Shown: positions 44,553 through 54,578 of the stretch, piece after piece | How positions within the stretch are numbered: the stretch's first letter is position 1 | Layout: every line of letters starts with the position of its first letter | DNA from: an uncultured archaeon | GTDB taxonomy: Archaea; Asgardarchaeota; Heimdallarchaeia; Heimdallarchaeales; Heimdallarchaeaceae | Length of the DNA: 64,000 bases | Reading direction: 5' to 3' | Assembly (NCBI GenBank): GCA_964534625.1 | Contig: CAZHRF010000013.1 | Coordinates: 1,612 to 65,611, forward strand | The notes under the pieces: generated by a model | What the model was told of the DNA's origin: nothing | Database searches by the model: none | The model's input: only the letters and a program-made list of their open reading frames with translations | Program-made: the position numbers and the translations under genes

Positions 44553-47481
44553 TCATTTGTAAGATGTTTTTAGCTTGATTTTGAAGGTTGTCTGATAAAT
44601 CTTCAAAATTTCTATTTATTAGATTAATAATCTCTTTTTTCTCTTCCAGGTTTGTAAACCATTTCCAGAAAATGTAATATTCCATTTCTAAATTGTCTAT
44701 AGAAATTGATACATCTTCTTCAAAATCGTTAAATCCTAAATATTTAAGGTTAGTCTTTAGGTTTTTGAGTTTATTTCTTATCTCTGAAATATTGTCATTT
44801 TTTAAGAATTGTCCGATTTTTACTATTCTTCTGCGAATATCATAGTCCAAGTTCTCTACTAAATTCTTATTTTTGTTATAAATTTCAAGATATTGATTTA
44901 TTTCACCCGGTTCAAGATTTTGGATAATAATATTCATATCTTTAAAATTAAACTTATTTACTTTTTTCATCCTCTCTAATTCAAGATGTAAATCTTTTAT
45001 TGTAAGTAAAAATTCACTTAGAGGTCGATCTGCAAATCGCACTTTATTATCTAAGTTATTTATATTATTTTTTGTAATATCGTAACCAATATTGATTTTA
45101 TTTTGTGCTTGTTCTCTTATATAAGAAAAATCTTCTTCTGATAGTATATTTGCATCGGAAGAAATCTGCTCTAGATAAAGATTAAGTAGAGATTGTACAT
45201 CATCTTTAATGTTATTTCGTAGACTCTTTTTTACTCCTACTATTTTACAGTTTTTAGTTAAATTATTGATGAAATCTTCTTTTTGTTCATCTTCTACAAG
45301 AATAGAGTAAATATCCATGTCTTCAATTTCTTTATGTGGGTAGCTGATTTTAAGAAGAAGATTTAGAAATAAAGATAATGCTTTGTTAATAATATTTGTT
45401 TCCTTTTTATTGGATCTTTTCAAAATGCTAGAAAATTGTTTGTAGTAATAATCTATAAAATCTTGCCGCCAGAATTGGGCATAGGAAAGAAATAAAGGAA
45501 TACCCTCTTCACAAAGTTGCAACTTTTCTTCAAAACTTATAGAACTTTTATCGTCAATTGCACAACCAATAAGGATTATCTTTCTCAGTAAACTCATGGG
45601 GAGAGATTTTTGATCTATAGTGATTTGTAATAAGTCCTTATCTGATTTCTTGTCATTTTCGTGAATTATAGGATATTCATTTTTTCCATATCGATAAGTG
45701 AGAGAGGGTAAGTTTTTTAGTGAATATCCATTAGTAAAAATACCCATGATTTCTTTCATGCCTATTTTAAAATAAGAATTGATGTCTTGATATTTTGTCT
45801 TTAGTTCATTTTGTGTGCTCTCAGACCAAGGAGATATCAATTCAAGAACGTTAACATATTTCTTCTCTAGTTTTTCGATATTGGTTAACTCTTCTTCAAT
45901 TGTTGAAAAATCTGTCTTTTCAGTTCTCTGAGTTATAGTGTCTGATTTGTATCTTGTCTTACCTTTTTCTGGAATTAGTACTTGGTGATCTCTTCTCTTA
46001 AATTCTTCAATGGATTCTAGATCTAAATTAAAGAAATTGAAATAGTCTTTTTCCAAGGAGAAAAATGTGTTCCCGTTGATGTTATTTTTAGTATAATAGA
46101 AAGAAATGAATCTGCGTAATTTTTCATCATATATTGGTTTTTGAAATTCTAAATAATCCATTTTTAGATTTCTAACTTCCGAAGATTCTGTTGGGGGTTC
46201 TTCAAATTCTAGATAATGTAAAATTGATCTATATATATTCTGTATGAATGTTCTGGGCTTTTTCTCGTCCATCTTGTCAAATAATCTTTTTATAAATGCT
46301 TCATTAGCTGGAAAAAGAACTTTAAATTTATCTGAGGGGCACTTCTGACAATTTTTACAAATATTACCAAACATATCTTGAATGAATTCAAAATATTTTT
46401 TAGCAAAATTAAAGGATGTGTCAGAATTCAAAAATAGAACATTTGTATTTTCTTGTTCATTTGTTCTGAAGAAATGAAACCTATCTCTTCTTGTTGCTTC
46501 TTCTTTAACAATACTAATTATATCTGTAGTACCTGCAATTAAAAAATCCCATCTGTCATCAGGGACATCTCTTTCCATATATTTGAGCAATCTATTCAAA
46601 TCTAATGTTGCAATTTTAAGATCTTCCATAATCATGGCAACTCTTTTATCGATTGAGTTCATATGCTCACTTATTGCATTCATGATTTCCTCAAAACTAG
46701 GAGCACCAAAATGTTCATTTAGATTACTCCACAAATTACTATTAATTTCCTTCAGATATTCTTCATCATTCATCCAATTTTTTGTAGTATGATTATCTTT
46801 CAAAATTTGAATTACTGATTTTAAACTGTTAAACTGATTAATGTCTGAGGATGTGAAAAAATTAGCTTCATAATCAGTAATATAAAGACTACTATCTGTC
46901 CTTATGATATTTCCGATTTTAGTTCCAAATGCTTTTTCAAAAGCATCTATTATTCCTTGTTTGTTTTCGTTTATATCTTCGAGAAAAACATATTCTTCAA
47001 AAAACCTACCAACTATTTGTTTTGCAATGGCGTGTCGTTTATTTGTTTTTTTAAGCTCCTTTTGCAATTTTAAGGCATTGTCACTTTTAGGAAAGCTTGT
47101 TCCAGTTTTTTCTTTATAAAACTCTAGAAGGTGTATTTTCATAGTAGTTAAATCCATATTTTTAGGAATATGAACAACTTCCCATCCCCTGTCTTCTAAA
47201 TCATACACTAATTTAACGCACAACTCAGATTTTCCAGTTCCTGTTTCTCCCTCTATAACAATACATTGATTCCCGGGATGATTATAATTAAAAATGCTAG
47301 CTATCTCGTCTTCGGATACTTTATTCATGTTGTTATCATAAACATATACTTTTGTATGGGTCTTTTCAAACATTTCTCGCAGTTTAGATCGGTTCCCTGC
47401 TGCAACATTGAAAATAGAAACCAAGCTATATTTATTATGTTTTTTCGCTTCTAATAATTTTGGACATTTGAAATTACTCAT
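44524..47481 (-). CDS. Large P-loop NTPase, family unassigned
   Basis: Walker A VIEGETGTGKSELCVKL lies near residue 80 and the remaining ~900 aa are helical. The gene overlaps the upstream gene by 8 nt. Confidence 0.55.
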   Translation of the reverse strand: MSNFKCPKLLEAKKHNKYSLVSIFNVAAGNRSKLREMFEKTHTKVYVYDNNMNKVSEDEIASIFNYNHPGNQCIVIEGETGTGKSELCVKLVYDLEDRGWEVVHIPKNMDLTTMKIHLLEFYKEKTGTSFPKSDNALKLQKELKKTNKRHAIAKQIVGRFFEEYVFLEDINENKQGIIDAFEKAFGTKIGNIIRTDSSLYITDYEANFFTSSDINQFNSLKSVIQILKDNHTTKNWMNDEEYLKEINSNLWSNLNEHFGAPSFEEIMNAISEHMNSIDKRVAMIMEDLKIATLDLNRLLKYMERDVPDDRWDFLIAGTTDIISIVKEEATRRDRFHFFRTNEQENTNVLFLNSDTSFNFAKKYFEFIQDMFGNICKNCQKCPSDKFKVLFPANEAFIKRLFDKMDEKKPRTFIQNIYRSILHYLEFEEPPTESSEVRNLKMDYLEFQKPIYDEKLRRFISFYYTKNNINGNTFFSLEKDYFNFFNLDLESIEEFKRRDHQVLIPEKGKTRYKSDTITQRTEKTDFSTIEEELTNIEKLEKKYVNVLELISPWSESTQNELKTKYQDINSYFKIGMKEIMGIFTNGYSLKNLPSLTYRYGKNEYPIIHENDKKSDKDLLQITIDQKSLPMSLLRKIILIGCAIDDKSSISFEEKLQLCEEGIPLFLSYAQFWRQDFIDYYYKQFSSILKRSNKKETNIINKALSLFLNLLLKISYPHKEIEDMDIYSILVEDEQKEDFINNLTKNCKIVGVKKSLRNNIKDDVQSLLNLYLEQISSDANILSEEDFSYIREQAQNKINIGYDITKNNINNLDNKVRFADRPLSEFLLTIKDLHLELERMKKVNKFNFKDMNIIIQNLEPGEINQYLEIYNKNKNLVENLDYDIRRRIVKIGQFLKNDNISEIRNKLKNLKTNLKYLGFNDFEEDVSISIDNLEMEYYIFWKWFTNLEEKKEIINLINRNFEDLSDNLQNQAKNILQMIGEIHDVIS

Positions 47482-48454
47482 TTTTATCGCCTCGATTTAT
47501 TATCTCAATCCAGTTAACTTTATCGCCAAATTTTGCTTTGATGAATGTAGGTTTCGGTGATACAATAGGGAAATCACCTCTGTTTAACAAATTAATATGA
47601 TCTCTCGAATATAGTAGCCAAAGGGCACTACCCATTGATTTTGTGATAAATGCTTGATATTTATCATCTTGTTGTGTTATTGGAAGAAATTTCTTAGCTA
47701 TTGTATCAATTAAGTTCTTTAGGGGCATTCCTTTGGTTTCTGTTTTGGAATATTTTGAAATTAATGGTCTTAATAAGTACATTATATAGTAAGGATTGAG
47801 TTTTGAAAAGTAATATTTATCCCTTCCATGTTTTACTTCCTCACATAACTCCAGATCTTTTAATATTTCTAATGCATTCCTTAGTTTGTTGTCATTCATT
47901 TCTATTAGTTTCCCTCGACTAGACTCAGGCTTATAACCAATATTATTAAAATATGTGTTAACATCATTAACTGTTTTTTGACTTCTTTTTAAGCCATACT
48001 TTGTATCTTGACTAATTTCCATAAAACTGTAAACTAAAAGAATTGCAGCTTGTTTGTAAAATACATATTTGGAAGTCGGTTCCATTTTAAAAGATATATT
48101 GGCTAAATTTTTAATAATTTCAAAATTTAGTTTATAATCAATATAGCGTTGTAAAGTATCTGTATCCAGTTTTCCCCTTTTTTTTTCTATGATTGTATAA
48201 ATGTCGGAAACTGTTTTTAAAAGATCTTTAGCTAAGCATATTTTGTCATGTTTTTTTTCTGTCATACCCAGTACTCTTAAAAATTCGAGTTTTTCATCAA
48301 TATTTCTTTCTTTATTAGAATGAAACTTTTCTAGAATGCTAGTATGCTCAAAACCGTTTGATTCTCTTCCAAGGAGCATAATAACTTTCCTTATTCCGCT
48401 TACATTGTTTACTTGGTTTAAGAGATATGGTTGATCAAATTCTTCCATGGACAT
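47474..48454 (-). CDS. Hypothetical protein (possible wHTH repeats), helicase operon
   Basis: 326-aa ORF with overlapping ends on both sides. No family recognised. Confidence 0.45.
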   Translation of the reverse strand: MSMEEFDQPYLLNQVNNVSGIRKVIMLLGRESNGFEHTSILEKFHSNKERNIDEKLEFLRVLGMTEKKHDKICLAKDLLKTVSDIYTIIEKKRGKLDTDTLQRYIDYKLNFEIIKNLANISFKMEPTSKYVFYKQAAILLVYSFMEISQDTKYGLKRSQKTVNDVNTYFNNIGYKPESSRGKLIEMNDNKLRNALEILKDLELCEEVKHGRDKYYFSKLNPYYIMYLLRPLISKYSKTETKGMPLKNLIDTIAKKFLPITQQDDKYQAFITKSMGSALWLLYSRDHINLLNRGDFPIVSPKPTFIKAKFGDKVNWIEIINRGDKNE

Positions 48455-49353
48455 ATTAAATTCTTCCTTATTTTTTCTGGTAAAACATTAAAAATTCTCA
48501 CTATTTCATCTACTATGGATTTCTTATTTGGATGTTTATATTCCCAATATATACTTTCGAAATCATTATCTTGATACTTTCTGAGAATTAAATTTGTTAT
48601 TTCTTTATTCTCTTCATTATTTAACTCAAATTGATATTTGAAATTTCTAGCTATTGCAGTTATGATATTTCCCTTGTTTTTTACTTTTTCTCTATCTAAA
48701 CTATTAATATATTCCATAATATTGTAGAAAATTGGATTCATTTCCTCTTTAATAGCATATATTATCAATTCTTTAACTGTATCGAACTTTTTATTGTCAA
48801 TTTCATTAAAAATATATGCCAGATTATTCAAGAATAAATTTTGTGTTTGAGTGAAATCTAATTTCCAGTTGTAATTTTCTTTAAGCGTTTTAACTATTCT
48901 CTGATACATTTCAGTGTAATAAGTAAAGTAATTTTCATGAAATAACTCTGTTTCTTTCACTGGTCGTACAAATCCCGATAAGGTTTTTTTACACGCATCT
49001 TGTTCATTCAGAACAAATAGGTAATCATGTTTTGCTGATATTAAGATTTTATGTATTGCATAATCAAAAGAATAATCGCCATATCTTGATTTTGAAATCA
49101 TACAATATTTCTGTTCTGATCCTTTATTTTCTTCCAGAATTTGATCAATATGAACAAATTCGTGTGGAATTGGAGTGAACTGTTTGTATTTCTTAGAAAT
49201 TTTTCTCCATCCTATAGGATAGGTGAAATCTTTAACTCCGAGTAGTTGTAAGATGGGTATTGATCTTAGAAGAGATCCAATGTTTTCTTCAATTATTAGA
49301 ATATATTTATTTGACTTAATCTTGTTTGTGTAATAATCAATGAAATCAGTCAT
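48418..49353 (-). CDS. Hypothetical protein, helicase operon
   Basis: 311-aa ORF that overlaps the helicase gene by 8 nt. No family recognised. Confidence 0.45.
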   Translation of the reverse strand: MTDFIDYYTNKIKSNKYILIIEENIGSLLRSIPILQLLGVKDFTYPIGWRKISKKYKQFTPIPHEFVHIDQILEENKGSEQKYCMISKSRYGDYSFDYAIHKILISAKHDYLFVLNEQDACKKTLSGFVRPVKETELFHENYFTYYTEMYQRIVKTLKENYNWKLDFTQTQNLFLNNLAYIFNEIDNKKFDTVKELIIYAIKEEMNPIFYNIMEYINSLDREKVKNKGNIITAIARNFKYQFELNNEENKEITNLILRKYQDNDFESIYWEYKHPNKKSIVDEIVRIFNVLPEKIRKNLICPWKNLINHIS

Positions 49354-52300
49354 AATATGTTTTCTCCAATACTCTTTTGACTACTTTACGATCTAACAAG
49401 TCATTTTTTATTATAGAAACAGGTGTTCTCTCTATTAAGACACACCTTTTGCAAAACTTATCACAATTATCACAATTAACAACAGAATTAACATTAGCTA
49501 GAATTTCATCAATATTCTTATTAACAGAATCCGCTATCCCATTCCCACCTTCACAATTGTCAACTATAGAGAGTCTGATAGATTTCTTTGTGTGTGTGGA
49601 AACAATAGTAAAATCATTGAGATCACAACCAAGGATAACTGAGATTGATTTCTTTAAAGCTTGTTCAAATGTAGATTCAAATATAGCTAATTTTCTTTTA
49701 TCTGTTGCATCTCTCTCTTCTTTTGGCTTATTGATGATTTCATTTATTGGAAAATCGAAAGTAAACGATTTGGTATATACATTGGTTCCTACTGGAACAT
49801 ATGTTCTTTTTAGTTGTTTGGTTCCACCTTCAAGAGCTTCTAACAAATTATCTAAATCTTCTTCTGGTTCAAGTTCTTCTTCTAATGTTTCAGAGGCTAT
49901 ATCTTCATGTATTTCGGCTTGGGAAGGTGAATCTGTCCAATCACTAGAAGCTCTGAATCTATAAGAAAACGATGGTACAAATGTAACCAGATTAGCAGTG
50001 GAAACAAATTTTGAAGAACTTATGTTGTTGCCAATCTTTAGCTCCTCTTTTTGAGGTTTCTCATAACTAATGTCTTCTATTATGAAAGGTGAAGATTTGT
50101 AGCCGAGATTCGATGGTAATCTTTTAATTTCAATACTTTCAGGTGCGTAAACATTTAATTCTGTGAGTTCATTATCACATAGTACACACTTATCAAGATG
50201 TTTTTCAGCTTTCAATTGATAAAAGTCACATTCTTTATTATCGCATATTTTTGTTTGAAGAATCTTTTTAGATGCGTATACTTTATTTGTAATATATGGA
50301 GTCATAGAAATGAGTTGAGAACCACCACTATACCGTCTCCCCGTTTTTTCGTAATTGTTATTCATATAACCAGGATAATTTTCTTTAATAGCATCCAGTA
50401 TTGATTTTTCATCAAATATCTCATTTTTCATTTTTATTGGTATATTTTGTACAAATCCTCTATAATTGGCTAAATAGCCTATTTTATTTAATATATTACT
50501 GAAAAACCTATAGTCTTCTGCTAATTTGTTTTGAGAGCTTTTAGAAAGTCCTCTCATCTTTGCATAATAAGAGAAGAAATTGTTTGTTCGTTTTAGAATT
50601 GAATAATCATTGTTTTTGTCAAGTATTCTTAGAAGAAGATTTTTAGCTGTATCTCCAAAACATTCAGAAATAGTTTGCTCGATTTCCTTCATCTTTTTAT
50701 CTTCGATTAATTTAGTGAATGCTTTGACCCTGATTTGGTTTTGACTTATAAATTTCCTCAGAGAAACATTGGCAAAAGGAGTATCCCATATTTTTTTGTA
50801 GATGTCTTTAAGATCATAATTTCTTGCTAAGTAGGTAGCTATTAAGGTAATTATATGGGAAGCATAAACTACCTCTACATCCTCTTTTTCTGGGATTCCA
50901 ATTTTTGGTATAGAGTCAAAATATCTTTCTTCTAATCTATCAAAATAATAATCATCGATGGCATTACCAGCCTTAATAAATGTTACAATAATTGATGATT
51001 TTCCTCCACTTCTTCCTGCTCTACCAGCTCTTTGAATATAATTTGCAATACCTGGTGGAAGTCCCACTAAAAAGATTGTATCTAAGTCCCCAATATCAAT
51101 TCCCAGCTCAAATGTAGTTGTTGCGGATATGGCGTTCACATCAGGTTTTGTACTTTTGAAATTATCTTCTATTACACTTCTAAGTTCCAAAGGTATACCC
51201 GCTCTGTGCACATTAATAGCCAAAGTATTTTCAGCCTCTGTGGTGGCATTGATTTGCTTCGCCCAATAGTCATTAACAACATTTGCTGGTGTTTTCTGGC
51301 CTAAAAATCCCCCATTTTTGGATCGATTTCCAGAAATGAATTCACCTTTACACAAAGGACAAATCTTGGTTAAAAAATTTATGGCGGGAAAAGCTTTCTT
51401 GCAAACTTCACAAAGATTAACTTTAGAAACTTTCTTCAAGGTGAAATCGTGTTTTTTTGCCTTAATTTTTCCCTCTCCTTTGTATCTCGTTGTAATTATA
51501 CCATAACAATCCTTAGGGATTTGAAATTCTATGGGGTCAAACAATTCTTGTAAACTTTTAGTTTGAATCTCAAAATAATCCTTTAGTGGGGCTCTGTCTT
51601 TTTCATGGGCATTAGACTCTATATTTGTGTTTATAATAGTCCTCTTGATAAAGGTTATAACATTATTTTCATAAAGGTATTTGATTACATATGGGAGTTC
51701 TTTATCAAGTATGTGACGCTTAATTTTTAGATTAAATTCTCTTATTTTTTCTAAAGTAAAGCCATCAAATTTGACTTTATGTCTGCTGAATTTACCCCCT
51801 TTTAATAACCTTTTCAGTATAGTATGACCAATTATAGCTTGGATATCATTTTCACTTTCTGTTAAAATACATTCTGCTGTGATTAGACTGCCATCAAACA
51901 ATATGGTAGCCGAATTTAAATTTGGAAGATGTTTTAACTCCGACTCTCTAAATTCTTTCCATTGCTTTCTACTAGCATAATCTCTTAAGGAATCCAAAAT
52001 TGGTTTATAGTATTTTTTATCAACAAATTGGATTGCTTTACCCCATAGATCATATGATAATAAAGGTTCTTCTAGGAGCTCAACCATTTTCCTTTGTGTT
52101 GAAATTTGATAGTCATTAGAAACAAAATCATGTCCAATTCTTTCAGCTAAATTTCTACTGTCTGCGAATATTAAAACTTTCTTTGAAGGAACTTTTCTTC
52201 CATAGACGGACAAGAATTGACTTAATAACTGGGGATGATATATTGTACCATCCTTTGTTTGATAAAATCTATTTAGACCACTTCCACATCGAGGACAATC

Positions 52301-54091
52301 TTTACTTACGGGTTCATCAGTTTTGAAATCATATCTAAGAGATGTATCTGTTTCCTCTTCTAGAAAGAAGTGTGAAGTGTAGAAAATATTATGACAAGTT
52401 GAACAAAAAACCAATTGTTTATCTATGTTATTGTTACATTTTGGGCAAATTTTCTTACTTGTTATACTTTTACAATTATCACAATAATATATTCCATCAT
52501 TTCCTCTTATGAAATAATGAAGCCTGTCTTGCAGTAAGCCTGCAATGCGTCCTATTGTTAATAAGGACAATAAAAGAGTTGTTTTATCTTCAAGAGAGAA
52601 AGAAGAAGGAAAACCAATTTGTTTATCAAATTGTTTTATTAGATCATCTAACAGTGTAAATTTGATTGGTTTTTCATCATAAGAAGATAAAATATCCCTT
52701 AAGTTAATTATTACTGGAATATTCATCTCAACATTTTTTCTAAAAAGATTTTTTAACCAAGGTGAACTCATAAACTCTTCATACGAAAGATCTGGAGCAT
52801 TTTTGTTTATATTAAGGATAATTTTTTGTTTATCGGTGTTAAAATTGCATAAGGAAAGAATTTCTAATAGTGAAAATTTATTCTTGTTCTTCTGAATGAA
52901 ATTAACATCTGTAATTCTTTCTTTCTTTTCTGTTACTAATTTATGATAAAATTTCAAAGCTTCTTCAGGTTTAATTATTGGAAATCTATCGATATTGACT
53001 TCTTTTGAACCTCTATATTCGATTTTTTCTGGTTCAAAGCTAATTGAGATGTTTTTTCTTTGAGTAATTTTCTCTCCAAATGAAGCAGGTTCTTTTAAAG
53101 TTGCAGATACGATAAAAGTTTTCATATCTCGACCAAAAAAATACCTTAATCTTTGACAAAGTAAACTTATTGCTGTACCTGAAGCTCCTGTCCAGTAATG
53201 AGCTTCATCAAAAACAACATATTTTACATTATCATTCAACATTTCTTTGCCTATAATCTTCTTTTTGTATTCTATAGGATCTATAGTTAGATAGTCAAAA
53301 GCTTCAGGATTTGTTAGAAGTATATTAACTCCAGTAGTTATGGCTTTTCTAGTTGCTTTAATCCAGAGAGAAACAAAATCACATTCAGAGCAGTATATTT
53401 GTTCCCCGAAAGAAATTCTTAGTTTGGATCCACATTCGGGACATTTAATACCTCTAATTATACTATCCGCTTTAATAGTATTTCTATCTTCATTGGACCC
53501 TACTTTATATTTTGTGTCCCCATCCCATATACCTATAGTGATGGGGTTTTGAGGGAGTTCGTTGTTTATTTCGTTAACGTAACGTATGATTCTGTTAAAC
53601 TGATCTACTGCTAATGTTTTAGTTGGATAAAAAATAAGGGACTTCAAATCTTTATTGTCTGCTTTAACACATTCATCCAAAATAGGTAACAAAAAAGCTT
53701 CTGTTTTACCTGAGGCAGTAGGTACAGATAAAGTGAAATCGCAATTATTATTCTTGAAAACCTCTTCAACAAATCCACTCTGGTGTTTATATAGACGTCT
53801 GTTTCTTATTCCTTTAAATAATGTTCGTTCATATGCTTTTTTAACTGAAGTATGAATATCCTGTTTTTCGCAAAAAATATCAAAATCATCTTTACACAAG
53901 GCGGATTTTGCAACATATTCTATATATGGACCTTTAATCTCAAAAAGCTCTTCTTTTAGAAAATCCCTTGCATTTGTTATATCTTCTCCACCTAATCTGG
54001 ATAAGGCTCGGTTCCAAATAAAAATCTCCCTAAGTTCATCCAATGAATTGTTGAATACTTCTATTGTTGAATAATTTCCCATTTTAGTCAA
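49346..54091 (-). CDS. Giant SF2 DEAD/DEAH-box helicase with multiple inserted zinc ribbons and a C-terminal DUF1998/MZB-type domain (DruE/DrmAB/MrfA-like)
   Basis: Motif I VPTASGKTEAF, motif II VVFDEAHYW, motifs V-VI ATTTFELGIDIGDLD...QRAGRAGRSG. CxxC ribbons include CPECGSKL...CSECDF, CDNCKS...CPKCNN, CPRCGS and CEVC...CPLCKG. The C-terminus reads VDNCEGGNGIADS...CDNCDKFCKRC. Confidence 0.8.
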   Translation of the reverse strand: MTKMGNYSTIEVFNNSLDELREIFIWNRALSRLGGEDITNARDFLKEELFEIKGPYIEYVAKSALCKDDFDIFCEKQDIHTSVKKAYERTLFKGIRNRRLYKHQSGFVEEVFKNNNCDFTLSVPTASGKTEAFLLPILDECVKADNKDLKSLIFYPTKTLAVDQFNRIIRYVNEINNELPQNPITIGIWDGDTKYKVGSNEDRNTIKADSIIRGIKCPECGSKLRISFGEQIYCSECDFVSLWIKATRKAITTGVNILLTNPEAFDYLTIDPIEYKKKIIGKEMLNDNVKYVVFDEAHYWTGASGTAISLLCQRLRYFFGRDMKTFIVSATLKEPASFGEKITQRKNISISFEPEKIEYRGSKEVNIDRFPIIKPEEALKFYHKLVTEKKERITDVNFIQKNKNKFSLLEILSLCNFNTDKQKIILNINKNAPDLSYEEFMSSPWLKNLFRKNVEMNIPVIINLRDILSSYDEKPIKFTLLDDLIKQFDKQIGFPSSFSLEDKTTLLLSLLTIGRIAGLLQDRLHYFIRGNDGIYYCDNCKSITSKKICPKCNNNIDKQLVFCSTCHNIFYTSHFFLEEETDTSLRYDFKTDEPVSKDCPRCGSGLNRFYQTKDGTIYHPQLLSQFLSVYGRKVPSKKVLIFADSRNLAERIGHDFVSNDYQISTQRKMVELLEEPLLSYDLWGKAIQFVDKKYYKPILDSLRDYASRKQWKEFRESELKHLPNLNSATILFDGSLITAECILTESENDIQAIIGHTILKRLLKGGKFSRHKVKFDGFTLEKIREFNLKIKRHILDKELPYVIKYLYENNVITFIKRTIINTNIESNAHEKDRAPLKDYFEIQTKSLQELFDPIEFQIPKDCYGIITTRYKGEGKIKAKKHDFTLKKVSKVNLCEVCKKAFPAINFLTKICPLCKGEFISGNRSKNGGFLGQKTPANVVNDYWAKQINATTEAENTLAINVHRAGIPLELRSVIEDNFKSTKPDVNAISATTTFELGIDIGDLDTIFLVGLPPGIANYIQRAGRAGRSGGKSSIIVTFIKAGNAIDDYYFDRLEERYFDSIPKIGIPEKEDVEVVYASHIITLIATYLARNYDLKDIYKKIWDTPFANVSLRKFISQNQIRVKAFTKLIEDKKMKEIEQTISECFGDTAKNLLLRILDKNNDYSILKRTNNFFSYYAKMRGLSKSSQNKLAEDYRFFSNILNKIGYLANYRGFVQNIPIKMKNEIFDEKSILDAIKENYPGYMNNNYEKTGRRYSGGSQLISMTPYITNKVYASKKILQTKICDNKECDFYQLKAEKHLDKCVLCDNELTELNVYAPESIEIKRLPSNLGYKSSPFIIEDISYEKPQKEELKIGNNISSSKFVSTANLVTFVPSFSYRFRASSDWTDSPSQAEIHEDIASETLEEELEPEEDLDNLLEALEGGTKQLKRTYVPVGTNVYTKSFTFDFPINEIINKPKEERDATDKRKLAIFESTFEQALKKSISVILGCDLNDFTIVSTHTKKSIRLSIVDNCEGGNGIADSVNKNIDEILANVNSVVNCDNCDKFCKRCVLIERTPVSIIKNDLLDRKVVKRVLEKTYYD

Positions 54092-54578
54092 TCTCTGGAT
54101 TCTATTAATTTTTTAATATTGTATTATTAAAAGATTTCTCAAGCTGTATATATCTTTAAAATAATTATTTCAACTATTGAAGAAACTCTATCGGTATCTT
54201 GTTATAATAAAATTAATGCATCAATAAAAATTTAAGTTAACAAATGTTATTATTTAATGGAATGGACTTATGACTAATAGTTTTAAATTGCATAAAATAA
54301 AGATTGGTTCATACTTTCCCTTCTTCAATCTTCGATTTATTTATAATAATTACCAATAATAAAAAGGGGTTTATACGATTTATAAATCTCATCTTTTTTT
54401 TAATGATTTTTATCTTCTGTAGTATTTTGATAACTTATTATCCTCTAATTAAATACAATATATTTGCTTTTATTCTGCTCTGTGGAATAATTTTATGGTC
54501 TTTTGTTTTTTACTTTTTAGAGGGGGCGATTTCTGTTTTGTTTTATCCTTTATTCTTTCTAACATCTCAAATAGGGGA

